From: Candidatus Cloacimonadales bacterium
Lineage (GTDB): Bacteria > Cloacimonadota > Cloacimonadia > Cloacimonadales > JAFGVF01
Direction of reading: 5' to 3'
Assembly (NCBI GenBank): GCA_963692475.1
Contig: OY829950.1
Coordinates: 1,940,554-2,004,553 of the forward strand
Length of the DNA stretch: 64,000 nucleotides
Position 1 is the stretch's first letter; each line of letters opens with the position of its first letter. A program made the position numbers and the translations under genes. A model generated the notes under the pieces. The model ran no database searches. It saw nothing but the letters and a program-made list of their open reading frames with translations, and was not told the DNA's origin. This document shows, one piece after another, positions 1 to 7,848 of this stretch.

Positions 1-1989
1 ATTTTTCATTTCTAAGCTTGTTTTTCCTACTCCTCCTGCACTTGAACTCTGATTAGAATTATCTATATCCCAAAATGATGCGGTTACTGTAGTAGAGTTT
101 ATCGATCTCCCTATTAATCCTCCTGCCCAAACACTAGCATTTACTTTACCTGTACTGTAACATCTGCTAATATTAGAAGCCCAACCTTGACCGATAAAAC
201 CACCACTGCTTTGACGATTTTCATTATAATTGATAGGTTGAGTTTCATCTGTAACATCTCCATGACTGTAGCAGTTGGAATAGGATGAAGAGCCCGACAT
301 ACCTGAGAATCCTCCTAAAATAGATTCACCGAATAAACTCCCTCTACTATAGCAATTATTAAAGATGGAGTTGGAACTATTTCCATTAAAGATTCCAATT
401 TCAAAGACTCCAGATATATTTGCATTGCTATTACAATGATTGAATACTGAAGAGTTTAAACATCTACCTACTATACCTCCAGACTTGGAAAAACCAGAAA
501 CTGTCCCAGAAAAAGAGCAATATTCAACTACTGTATTATCTGTAAACCCTATCAAACCTCCAATCGTATCACCGTAAATAGTTCCAACTACATTGCAGTT
601 AAGCACTTGAGAATTGCTGGTTCTTCCGATTAATATTCCTCCTTCAACGTCTGTATAGATTGTAGCCTCATTTATATTGAGATTCTTGATCACGGAATTA
701 GTAACATATCCAAACAAGCCTACACATTGCACGTTTAGAGTACCTGGATCAAAGTTAATCAGTGTTCTATCATTCCCGTCGTAATTGCCTGAAAATGGCT
801 GTGAATTGTTTCCTATTGGAGTAAAACTCTCATTTTGTGCAGTTAAATAAGAATATAATTCAGTAAAATTAATATCTGCAGTTTGGATAAAATGTTTATC
901 CCAAATAGATTTGTTCTGACTTAACCACCATAGATGATGAATTGAATCGATTTGGTAGGGAGCTTGACTTGTTCCTGCTCCAATAGTCGTTATATGAGCA
1001 AATCCTTCCCATGCAAGAAATGGATAACCTGAATTAAAAAATGGATTAATTCCCCAATAGCCGGAATCACCATTTTCTTCCTCTACTTCGAAATCCCAAC
1101 CGGCTTGAAAATAGGTTTGGTAAACTTTCATTTCATCTGAAGTTTTTCCTATTCCTCCATCACTAAACAAGATATTAGAAGTCTGTGTATCCCAAAAACA
1201 GCCACTTATTGAAGTTAAGTTGGCATTGTTTCCGACCAGTCCTCCTGTTTCCGCTGAACCTGTTACTATTCCGGTACTATAGCAGTTAGTAATTGAGCCA
1301 TTATTGGTATATCCGGCTATACCACCTGTCTTATTGTTGCCATTTATCTCTCCCCAATTATAGCAATTGGCAATATGTCCTGCAAAATTTCCTCCAGCAA
1401 TTCCGCCTGCTCCCAAATTATCTCCCTCTATGTTTCCATTATTTAAACTGCAGGTAATATAGGAAGAGATATTAAGACCCATAATACCTCCAACGAAACT
1501 GCTAAAACCTTTGAGATTACCTGATGTGGAGCATTCTGAAACACTTGTGGAATCTGAAATTCCGACAAGAAATGATACACTGCTATGGCCTGTAATGTTG
1601 GCATCTGATAAAATAATTTTATTTAAAGTAGCCAAATCTGTAGAACCAAACAAACCGATAAAATCGCTACTTGGCCTATTGATGTAGAGGTTGAGAATTG
1701 CATATCCGTTACCATTGTAGGTCCCGGTAAAACTTACTAGTCCATCTCCTATCGGTAAAAATCCTTCTCCTGTATTCCAGTTATAGGTATCAGATGCATC
1801 AATTTCTGCAGTCTGAATATAATGCTTATCCCAACTTGAGCTGTTACTGCTAAGCCATAATAAATTATCTAAAGTGGTAATTTGATAAGGATTTTCTATT
1901 GTACCGCTTCCTAAGGGGGCTACTGCATCTGCTAATAGTAAAACTGTAAAAAGTATAAAAAAAACAAGCAATAAATTTCTAATAGTCAT
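1..1989 (-). CDS. GLUG-motif repeat secreted/surface protein, N-terminal 663 codons (C-terminus lies beyond base 1)
   Basis: Absent from ORF track (no stop in window). Hand translation of the minus strand from ATG at 1989 (GGAG RBS upstream) is open to base 1: MTIRNLLLVFFILFTVLLLADAVAPLGSGTIENPYQITTLDNLLWLSSNSSSWDKHYIQTAEIDASDT... It has a signal peptide and repeated GLFG / GGLVG / GGIAG / NCYSTG units typical of GLUG repeats. A second module start reads PYQIDSIHHLWWLSQNKSIWDKHFIQTADI. Confidence 0.8.
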   Translation of the reverse strand, partial: MTIRNLLLVFFILFTVLLLADAVAPLGSGTIENPYQITTLDNLLWLSSNSSSWDKHYIQTAEIDASDTYNWNTGEGFLPIGDGLVSFTGTYNGNGYAILNLYINRPSSDFIGLFGSTDLATLNKIILSDANITGHSSVSFLVGISDSTSVSECSTSGNLKGFSSFVGGIMGLNISSYITCSLNNGNIEGDNLGAGGIAGGNFAGHIANCYNWGEINGNNKTGGIAGYTNNGSITNCYSTGIVTGSAETGGLVGNNANLTSISGCFWDTQTSNILFSDGGIGKTSDEMKVYQTYFQAGWDFEVEEENGDSGYWGINPFFNSGYPFLAWEGFAHITTIGAGTSQAPYQIDSIHHLWWLSQNKSIWDKHFIQTADINFTELYSYLTAQNESFTPIGNNSQPFSGNYDGNDRTLINFDPGTLNVQCVGLFGYVTNSVIKNLNINEATIYTDVEGGILIGRTSNSQVLNCNVVGTIYGDTIGGLIGFTDNTVVEYCSFSGTVSGFSKSGGIVGRCLNSSVFNHCNSNANISGVFEIGIFNGNSSNSIFNNCYSRGSLFGESILGGFSGMSGSSSYSNCYSHGDVTDETQPINYNENRQSSGGFIGQGWASNISRCYSTGKVNASVWAGGLIGRSINSTTVTASFWDIDNSNQSSSAGGVGKTSLEMKN

Positions 1990-2411
1990 TTTATTCTCCT
2001 TTTCTTAAACCGGAATCCGTACTTAGTGTTATTAATTTTATGTTTATAAGTATTGTTACTAACCAATGATCATAATCATTTCCACCAGTAAATTATTCTA
2101 ACAGTAATTTAACTACTATTTTCAATTATAGTATGCTTATATCTTCAAATACTAATATGTTACTATATTTTTTAATTGTCAAGGAAATTTTATATTAGTA
2201 AGTCAGATGGTAGCAGAGACTGTTCAACCATCAAGCCAACTCCTGAATAGTTTATCCTTAAAGACGTCGATAATATTGCACATCTTCATGTTTGCTTGAC
2301 ATTTTAATATATTTTTTTGTTAGTAATCTTGCCTCTTCAGTGGGATGTTAGGCTCTTCAGTCGGACGGTGGAGATTCTCTCCGCCCCAAGCGAAGCTTGG
2401 AAATTCATAAA

Positions 2412-2493
2412 ATCCCGAAGGGATGAAAATATAATAGGCAGTGCTCGAAGACACTGTTACAGATAACAAAGAAATATGAGCCCTAGAGGGGCT
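2412..2493 (+). repeat. Three-hairpin module, copy 1 (left arm inside MITE family 4 copy P)
   Basis: H1 ATCCC-GAA-GGGAT 2412-2424. H2 CAGTG..CACTG 2439-2456, preceded by ATAATAGG. H3 AGCCC-TAGAG-GGGCT 2479-2493. Confidence 0.7.
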
Positions 2494-2599
2494 ACAATAT
2501 TCATTTCGTCAGATTTATTTTTGTTACACTTATCATCACATAGCAAACATGTGAAATGTAATTAACCCTTTATCTACATGATCAGTAAGAGGTATTTTC

Positions 2600-2682
2600 G
2601 CCCCTCCGGGGCTTAGGTTCCTGTGAAGATTCGGGTACAGTGTCTTTGAACACTGCCTATTATATCTGCATCCTTTCAGGAT
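2600..2682 (-). repeat. Three-hairpin module, copy 2 (right arm, inverted relative to copy 1)
   Basis: H3 GCCCC-TCC-GGGGC 2600-2612. H2 CAGTGT-CTTTGA-ACACTG 2638-2655. H1 ATCCT-TTC-AGGAT 2670-2682 (paired C-G to T-A change relative to copy 1). Confidence 0.7.
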
Positions 2683-3072
2683 TTAAGAGGCATTCTTCCA
2701 ATATCCGGAATTTAGACCTGGATAAAACTATAAGTCAATTCCAAAAGTATAGGGTAATTAATAATAAATGTGCACTATTTGAGCTCTATTAAAATCTAAA
2801 GTATTAAATATCAGTTGATTAATTTGAACAGTCTCTGGTAGCCCCTTCTGTCGGACAGTTGCCTTTTCTGTCTACAAAGATTTTCCTCCTCTTGAACTTA
2901 GGAACATGGTTGGTACTTAATATCCCTAGATAGTTTTCGAAAAGAGAGTTTTAGGCATAAGTCTTTTTATGGGTCTAAATTGTTAATATATGGATTTATG
3001 TATAATTATACCAAAGGTATTTAAAAATGACTATAGAAGTAATCATTGACATATAATCCCCATTTCGAATCA

Positions 3073-3101
3073 TTGACTCACATGCTAACCTTGGCTATAG
3101 T
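3073..3101 (+). promoter_or_regulatory. sigma-70-type promoter candidate for the 3131 gene
   Basis: TTGACT (3073-3078), 17-nt spacer, TATAGT (3096-3101), about 30 nt upstream of the ATG. Sequence match only. Confidence 0.4.
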
Positions 3102-3130
3102 AGCCACAACATTATTAAAGGAGAAAAAGT

Positions 3131-6100
3131 ATGAAAAAAACTATGTTAATGCTAGTGATGATGATTTTAACGATAACATCATCATTTGCCCAATTTATTG
3201 AAATCGGAGATAACGAGTCAACTGCTAGTACAACTACAGTTCCTTTCTCAGGTTTATGGGATTATGGTTGGTCAACAGCTGTTATTCCAGGAGAATTAAT
3301 AGGTGATGCAATTGAAATCAACTCAATTAGTTTTGATGTTTTTAACTCACCCGCTAATTATGAAATGCTTACACAAAAAGTGTATATGCGTCACACCCAA
3401 GTAGATACTGCAAGTGTTCAGTATCCTGATCCTGAAAACAATGGCTATACTTTAGTGTATGATGCAAATGTTACATGGAATGGACAAGGCTGGCAAGGAA
3501 TTGACTTTGCTACAAACTTCAATTATGATGGTTCATCCAACTTAGAAATTGTTTGGGAGAACTGGGATGGAGATTATGTATCAGGTTACCCAACATTCAG
3601 AAAAACTGCTGTAGATTACAATGTTGCTGCTTATAAAAGAGCAGACAATGATTTCCCAGCTGTTGCAGGTGCTTTTACTCAAGAGTATCCTAATATCAGA
3701 TTAGGTTTTGTTGCTGAAGGTTACCCTGGAACTCCTCAGTTGTTAAGCCCTATTGATTTAGCTACAGGTTTAGAAAGCTCAATTGAATTAACTTGGTCTT
3801 TAGGTGAAAATACTGTTAATGTAGATGTTTATCTATCTGATGTCAGAGAAGATGTAGTCTCAAATAACACTGACGCTAAAGTTGTTGATGCTCTTAATGT
3901 TACTGCCTTTAGCACAAATGTAGAATTAGGAACATCTAACTTCTGGAAAGTAGTTGCAAGAAATGCAGAAGGCATTACTGTTGAGTCTGCAATTTATACT
4001 TTTGCAACAAGATTTCCTGATAACGTAGTTGTTACTGAAATAGGTACATCAAGCACTGCAAACATTCCTTATAATCCATATTTTAAGTATGGATATTCTC
4101 AATCAATCTATTTAGCTGATGAAATAACTTTAACAGGTGCAATTGAAACTATCGCTTTTGATTTCAATGGTAACTCAGCATTTGAAGATGATGTTGTTGT
4201 TTATATGGGTACTACTGATGTTCAAGAATTTGCTTCAACAGAATCATGGCTTCCAGTAACTGAATTAACTGAAGTGTATAACGGTGTTCTTTCCTTAACT
4301 GCTCAAGCTGGTTGGGCTATGATTGACCTTGATACAGCTTTCAACTTCGATGGTACTTCAAATCTTGTTGTAGCTATGGAAAAAAATACAGGTGTATATA
4401 CTTCAAGTAGTGATTTTTTCTTCACACATAATGTAGATAATAACAGATCATTAAGACATCAAAGTGATAGTGTTGATGCCGATCCAACTACTCCTCCTGC
4501 AGGAACATTATATACTCAATTACCAAATACTTTATTCGTTTTTGGTCAAGCTGTTACTCCACTCCCAGTAGTTACTGATTTAGCAGCTACTGTTACAGAT
4601 AGTGATGTAGTTCTTACTTGGTCTGCTCCTGAAGTTGGTGAAAACACTTTTGTAGAATATCAAATCATTAAAGATGGTGCAGATTTAGCTACTACAGAAG
4701 AATTAACTTATACAGATTCTGACCTCGCTGATGGTGCTTATGAATATGCAATAAAAGTTGTTTATACAGAAGGTACTTCAGCTTTATCAAATGTAGTTAC
4801 AGCGACTATCTCAACTACTCCGGTAGAAGTTGAAGCTCCTGTTAACTTAACAGCTTCTGTGTCCGGTCAAGATGTTACTTTAAACTGGTTAGCTCCAGGC
4901 ACAGTGCTTCCTGACGAAATTACAGAAGGTTTCGAAGAATCATTCCCTCCAACAGCTTGGACTCTTAATGCTACAAATACTACAGCTTCTTGGGAACAAT
5001 ACGGTACTGTTGAATTCTCAACAAGTACTGTTACTCCTACCGAAGGTGAATACCAAGCAGGTGTTCAATGGGATTATTCAGCTCAAAACGAATGGTTAGT
5101 AACTTCTGAAATCTCTAATGTTACTAATTTAACCTTCGATTATTATGGAAGTTTAGGTTCAGAATATGGTGATAACTACTATGTAAAAGTATCTACAGAT
5201 GGTGGAAACAACTGGACTCCTGTTTGGAATGCTTCCGATTTTGCTGAAGGTGAAAATAACTATGATACTCCTGTTTCTATTGATTTATCAGCTTATGCTT
5301 CTGAGACAATTAAAGTGGCTTGGAACTTTGTTGATGGTGATGGACAAGGATTATGGTGGTCAACATTCATTGATAATATAGTATTTTCTAATAATGGAAG
5401 AATTCTTGCTTTTGATGCTTCTGAGTTAAAATCATTCTCAAAAGCTGAAAAAACTTTTACTAATCCAAGAGTTAGAAATAATAGATTTGCTAAAAATCCT
5501 AACTATGTTTCAACAAGAACTACTCGTGAATTAACAAGTTATAAAATCTATCGTAATGCTACTGAAATTGCAACAATTTCTTCAGATGTATTAACCTATA
5601 CAGATACAGAATTAGATTTTGCTAACTATGATTATTATGTAACAGCTCTTTATACTGAAGGTGAATCTAATCCTTCAAACACTGTTACTGTATCTATTAT
5701 AGATCCTGCTACAACTTTACCTCCAATGAACTTAACAGCTGATGTTAATAATTCAGATGTAGAGTTAAACTGGGAAGCCCCACTTGATTTATCAGAAGGA
5801 GCTTGGATTACTAAGGGTGCTGAAGAAAACAATGATGGAATTGGTATTAATGATGCAGCTGAATTTGGTGTAGCTCATAAATATACTCAAGATGAATTAG
5901 TAATGTATCAAGGTTTATACATTAATTCAATCAAATTCTTCCCTCGTGAAGCAACAGCTACTTATACAGTTACAGTATGGGGTGGAACTACTGGACAGAC
6001 TGTTCTTTACAGTTCAGAAGTAGTAGATTTTGTTAATGAAGCTTGGAATGAGCACCAATTAACTAACCCTGTTGCTATTCCTGCTTCAGGACCTCTTTAT

Positions 6101-7456
6101 ATTGGTTATATGATTGATACTCCTACAGGTTTCCCTGCAGGTTGTGATGCTGGTCCTGCTGTTGAAGGTGGAGATCAAATTCACTTTGCTGGTGAAGCTT
6201 GGGATGCACTTTCAGCTGTAGCTACTCCAAATATTAACTGGAACATTCAAGCCTTTGTTTCTCCTGAAGGAGCTGATAGAGCTTCTAACACTCTTATTGC
6301 TATGGCAAATAAAGCTATTAAAGCAACTAACAACAATGCTCAATTTCTTGCTGGAAACTTAAATCCAATTCTATCAAGCAGATTTAACATTGAAAGAGAT
6401 GTTACAGCTTACAAAATCTATCGTGATAATGAAGAAATTGCTGAAGTTGCTTCAGATATCTATACTTATACAGATAGTGCTTTAAGTAATGGAAGTTATG
6501 TTTATCATGTTACAGCTATGTATGGTACTGCAGAATCTTTAAATTCTAACAGCGTAACTGTTACAGTAAATAATTCTAATCCTGAAGATGTTATCATTGC
6601 AGATTCTTTTGAAAACTATGCAGACTTCGCCTTACAGTTCGGAGACTGGACACTTGTAGATGGCGATTTATCTCCAACTTATGGCTTTGATGGAACTACA
6701 TTCACAAATGCTGAAGCAATGATGTCTTACATAGTATTTAATCCTGCTATGACAAGTCCAGCTCTTACTGATGTAAGTTATCAAGCTCCTGATGGAAGCA
6801 AATATCTTGCCAGTTTTGCAGCTGTAACTCCTTCAAATAACGATTGGTTAATTTCTCAACCTTTCACTCTTGGTGATGAAGGTGAAGTAACTTTCAAAGC
6901 AAAATCTATTACTAATCAATATGGTTTAGAAAGATTCAATGTCTTAGTATCTACAGGTTCAACTAACCCTAACGACTTCACATCAATCTCAGGTGCTTCT
7001 TATACTGAAGCTCCTATTGCATGGACTAGTTATATGTATGGTTTAAATAATTATGCTAACCAAACTATCAGAGTAGCTATTCAATGTGTATCAAATGATG
7101 CATTTGTCTTCATGCTTGATGATTTCAAAGTTGTTTCAGCTGGTGGAACAGATAATGATGATACTACAGCTCCTGTATTAACTAATGCACTTAAAGGTAA
7201 CTACCCTAATCCTTTCAACCCTGAAACTACTATTTCTTACTCAGTTGAAAAAGCAGGAAAAGTTACTCTTGAAGTCTTTAATATCTTAGGACAGAAAGTA
7301 AAAACTCTTGTTAATGATTCAAGAAATGCAGGAAATCATAATGTCGTTTGGAATGGTAAGGATGATGCTGGAAGAGCTGTTTCCTCAGGTGTTTACTTCT
7401 ATCGTATGAAAAATGGCAACTATTCAAAAACAAACAAGATGATCTTAATGAAATAA
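3131..7456 (+). CDS. Large (1441 aa) secreted adhesin-like protein with T9SS-type C-terminal sorting domain
   Basis: AGGAG RBS and signal peptide [21 protein letters not shown]. Three Fn3-like repeats end in ...Y.VTA.Y..GES.PSN.VTV. Two segments ([14 protein letters not shown]..., [22 protein letters not shown]...) resemble cleaved-adhesin / choice-of-anchor-J domains. The C-terminus [16 protein letters not shown]...[21 protein letters not shown] is a T9SS CTD. Confidence 0.85.
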   Translation: MKKTMLMLVMMILTITSSFAQFIEIGDNESTASTTTVPFSGLWDYGWSTAVIPGELIGDAIEINSISFDVFNSPANYEMLTQKVYMRHTQVDTASVQYPDPENNGYTLVYDANVTWNGQGWQGIDFATNFNYDGSSNLEIVWENWDGDYVSGYPTFRKTAVDYNVAAYKRADNDFPAVAGAFTQEYPNIRLGFVAEGYPGTPQLLSPIDLATGLESSIELTWSLGENTVNVDVYLSDVREDVVSNNTDAKVVDALNVTAFSTNVELGTSNFWKVVARNAEGITVESAIYTFATRFPDNVVVTEIGTSSTANIPYNPYFKYGYSQSIYLADEITLTGAIETIAFDFNGNSAFEDDVVVYMGTTDVQEFASTESWLPVTELTEVYNGVLSLTAQAGWAMIDLDTAFNFDGTSNLVVAMEKNTGVYTSSSDFFFTHNVDNNRSLRHQSDSVDADPTTPPAGTLYTQLPNTLFVFGQAVTPLPVVTDLAATVTDSDVVLTWSAPEVGENTFVEYQIIKDGADLATTEELTYTDSDLADGAYEYAIKVVYTEGTSALSNVVTATISTTPVEVEAPVNLTASVSGQDVTLNWLAPGTVLPDEITEGFEESFPPTAWTLNATNTTASWEQYGTVEFSTSTVTPTEGEYQAGVQWDYSAQNEWLVTSEISNVTNLTFDYYGSLGSEYGDNYYVKVSTDGGNNWTPVWNASDFAEGENNYDTPVSIDLSAYASETIKVAWNFVDGDGQGLWWSTFIDNIVFSNNGRILAFDASELKSFSKAEKTFTNPRVRNNRFAKNPNYVSTRTTRELTSYKIYRNATEIATISSDVLTYTDTELDFANYDYYVTALYTEGESNPSNTVTVSIIDPATTLPPMNLTADVNNSDVELNWEAPLDLSEGAWITKGAEENNDGIGINDAAEFGVAHKYTQDELVMYQGLYINSIKFFPREATATYTVTVWGGTTGQTVLYSSEVVDFVNEAWNEHQLTNPVAIPASGPLYIGYMIDTPTGFPAGCDAGPAVEGGDQIHFAGEAWDALSAVATPNINWNIQAFVSPEGADRASNTLIAMANKAIKATNNNAQFLAGNLNPILSSRFNIERDVTAYKIYRDNEEIAEVASDIYTYTDSALSNGSYVYHVTAMYGTAESLNSNSVTVTVNNSNPEDVIIADSFENYADFALQFGDWTLVDGDLSPTYGFDGTTFTNAEAMMSYIVFNPAMTSPALTDVSYQAPDGSKYLASFAAVTPSNNDWLISQPFTLGDEGEVTFKAKSITNQYGLERFNVLVSTGSTNPNDFTSISGASYTEAPIAWTSYMYGLNNYANQTIRVAIQCVSNDAFVFMLDDFKVVSAGGTDNDDTTAPVLTNALKGNYPNPFNPETTISYSVEKAGKVTLEVFNILGQKVKTLVNDSRNAGNHNVVWNGKDDAGRAVSSGVYFYRMKNGNYSKTNKMILMK

Positions 7457-7504
7457 TACTGGGAACGCTTGCATCTTGCAGGCAATCTTTGACAAAAAAT
7501 AACA

Positions 7505-7540
7505 AAAAAGCCTCGCTAAAGCGGGGCTTTTTGTTTTTTG
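7505..7540 (+). terminator. Rho-independent terminator
   Basis: GCCTCGC-TAAA-GCGGGGC hairpin (7510-7527) followed by TTTTTGTTTTTT. The same 26-nt sequence recurs at 10202-10228. Confidence 0.8.
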
Positions 7541-7848
7541 TGAAGAAATGTCACACTTTTTCTTTCCTATGTTTTTTTTAATCTTGCTATTTATGGACTT
7601 AGAAAGAGTTGGCTTATCAATCTATGTGCTACCATAAGATATATTAAAAGAACATTCTGAATAAATAAAAACATAACAAACAGTGAGTTAACCTTAAAAG
7701 ATAGCCTTGACAATTATTTCAACAAATAATCTAAATTTAATTTATTTTTTCTTGACATCTAATTTTATTTTTATAATATATGTTTAGTAGTTTAAGATAT
7801 TTAATCTCAATTTACAAAACATAATTGTTAAAATCTTTTGGAGGAACA

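Larger units (their letters stand above)
2215..2836 (+). mobile_element. Non-autonomous TIR element, MITE family 4, copy P
   Basis: Perfect 13-bp terminal inverted repeats AGAGACTGTTCAA (2215-2227) / TTGAACAGTCTCT (2824-2836). They are flanked by a perfect 6-bp direct repeat GGTAGC (2209-2214 and 2837-2842). No ORF. Both end regions align to the copy at 63026-63564. Confidence 0.75.

Noticed and set aside
2296-2326. Outward sigma-70 promoter carried by MITE family 4 (TTGACA conserved in both copies)
   Set aside because: The -10 region at 17 +/- 1 nt is not conserved between copies (GTTAGT/TAGTAA vs ATTGGT).
2400-2700. CRISPR array (many short GC-rich palindromic repeats in AT-rich non-coding DNA)
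   Set aside because: The repeats are not direct repeats at a fixed period with unique spacers. They occur as inverted pairs or single copies inside TIR-bounded elements, and no cas genes are present.
2215-2836. Retron, group II intron or IS200/IS605-type omega-RNA locus as explanation for the structured repeats
   Set aside because: No reverse transcriptase, TnpB/IscB or maturase ORF lies in or next to any copy. I could not find group II domain V-like sequence.
2209-2842. Invertible promoter (inverton) between the divergent GLUG gene and the 1441-aa adhesin gene, suggested by IRs flanking a TTGACA-containing segment
   Set aside because: The 13-bp IRs are flanked by a perfect 6-bp direct repeat (GGTAGC), the left end recurs three times in the window, and no recombinase is nearby. 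This fits a transposed MITE better. It is still testable by looking for reads in both orientations.
7825-7848. Upstream extended starts given by the ORF track (7825 TTG, 42974, 55734, 62791)
   Set aside because: In each case an internal ATG is preceded by a good GGAG-type RBS and begins a typical N-terminus (signal peptide or conserved start), and the extension overlaps the RBS.
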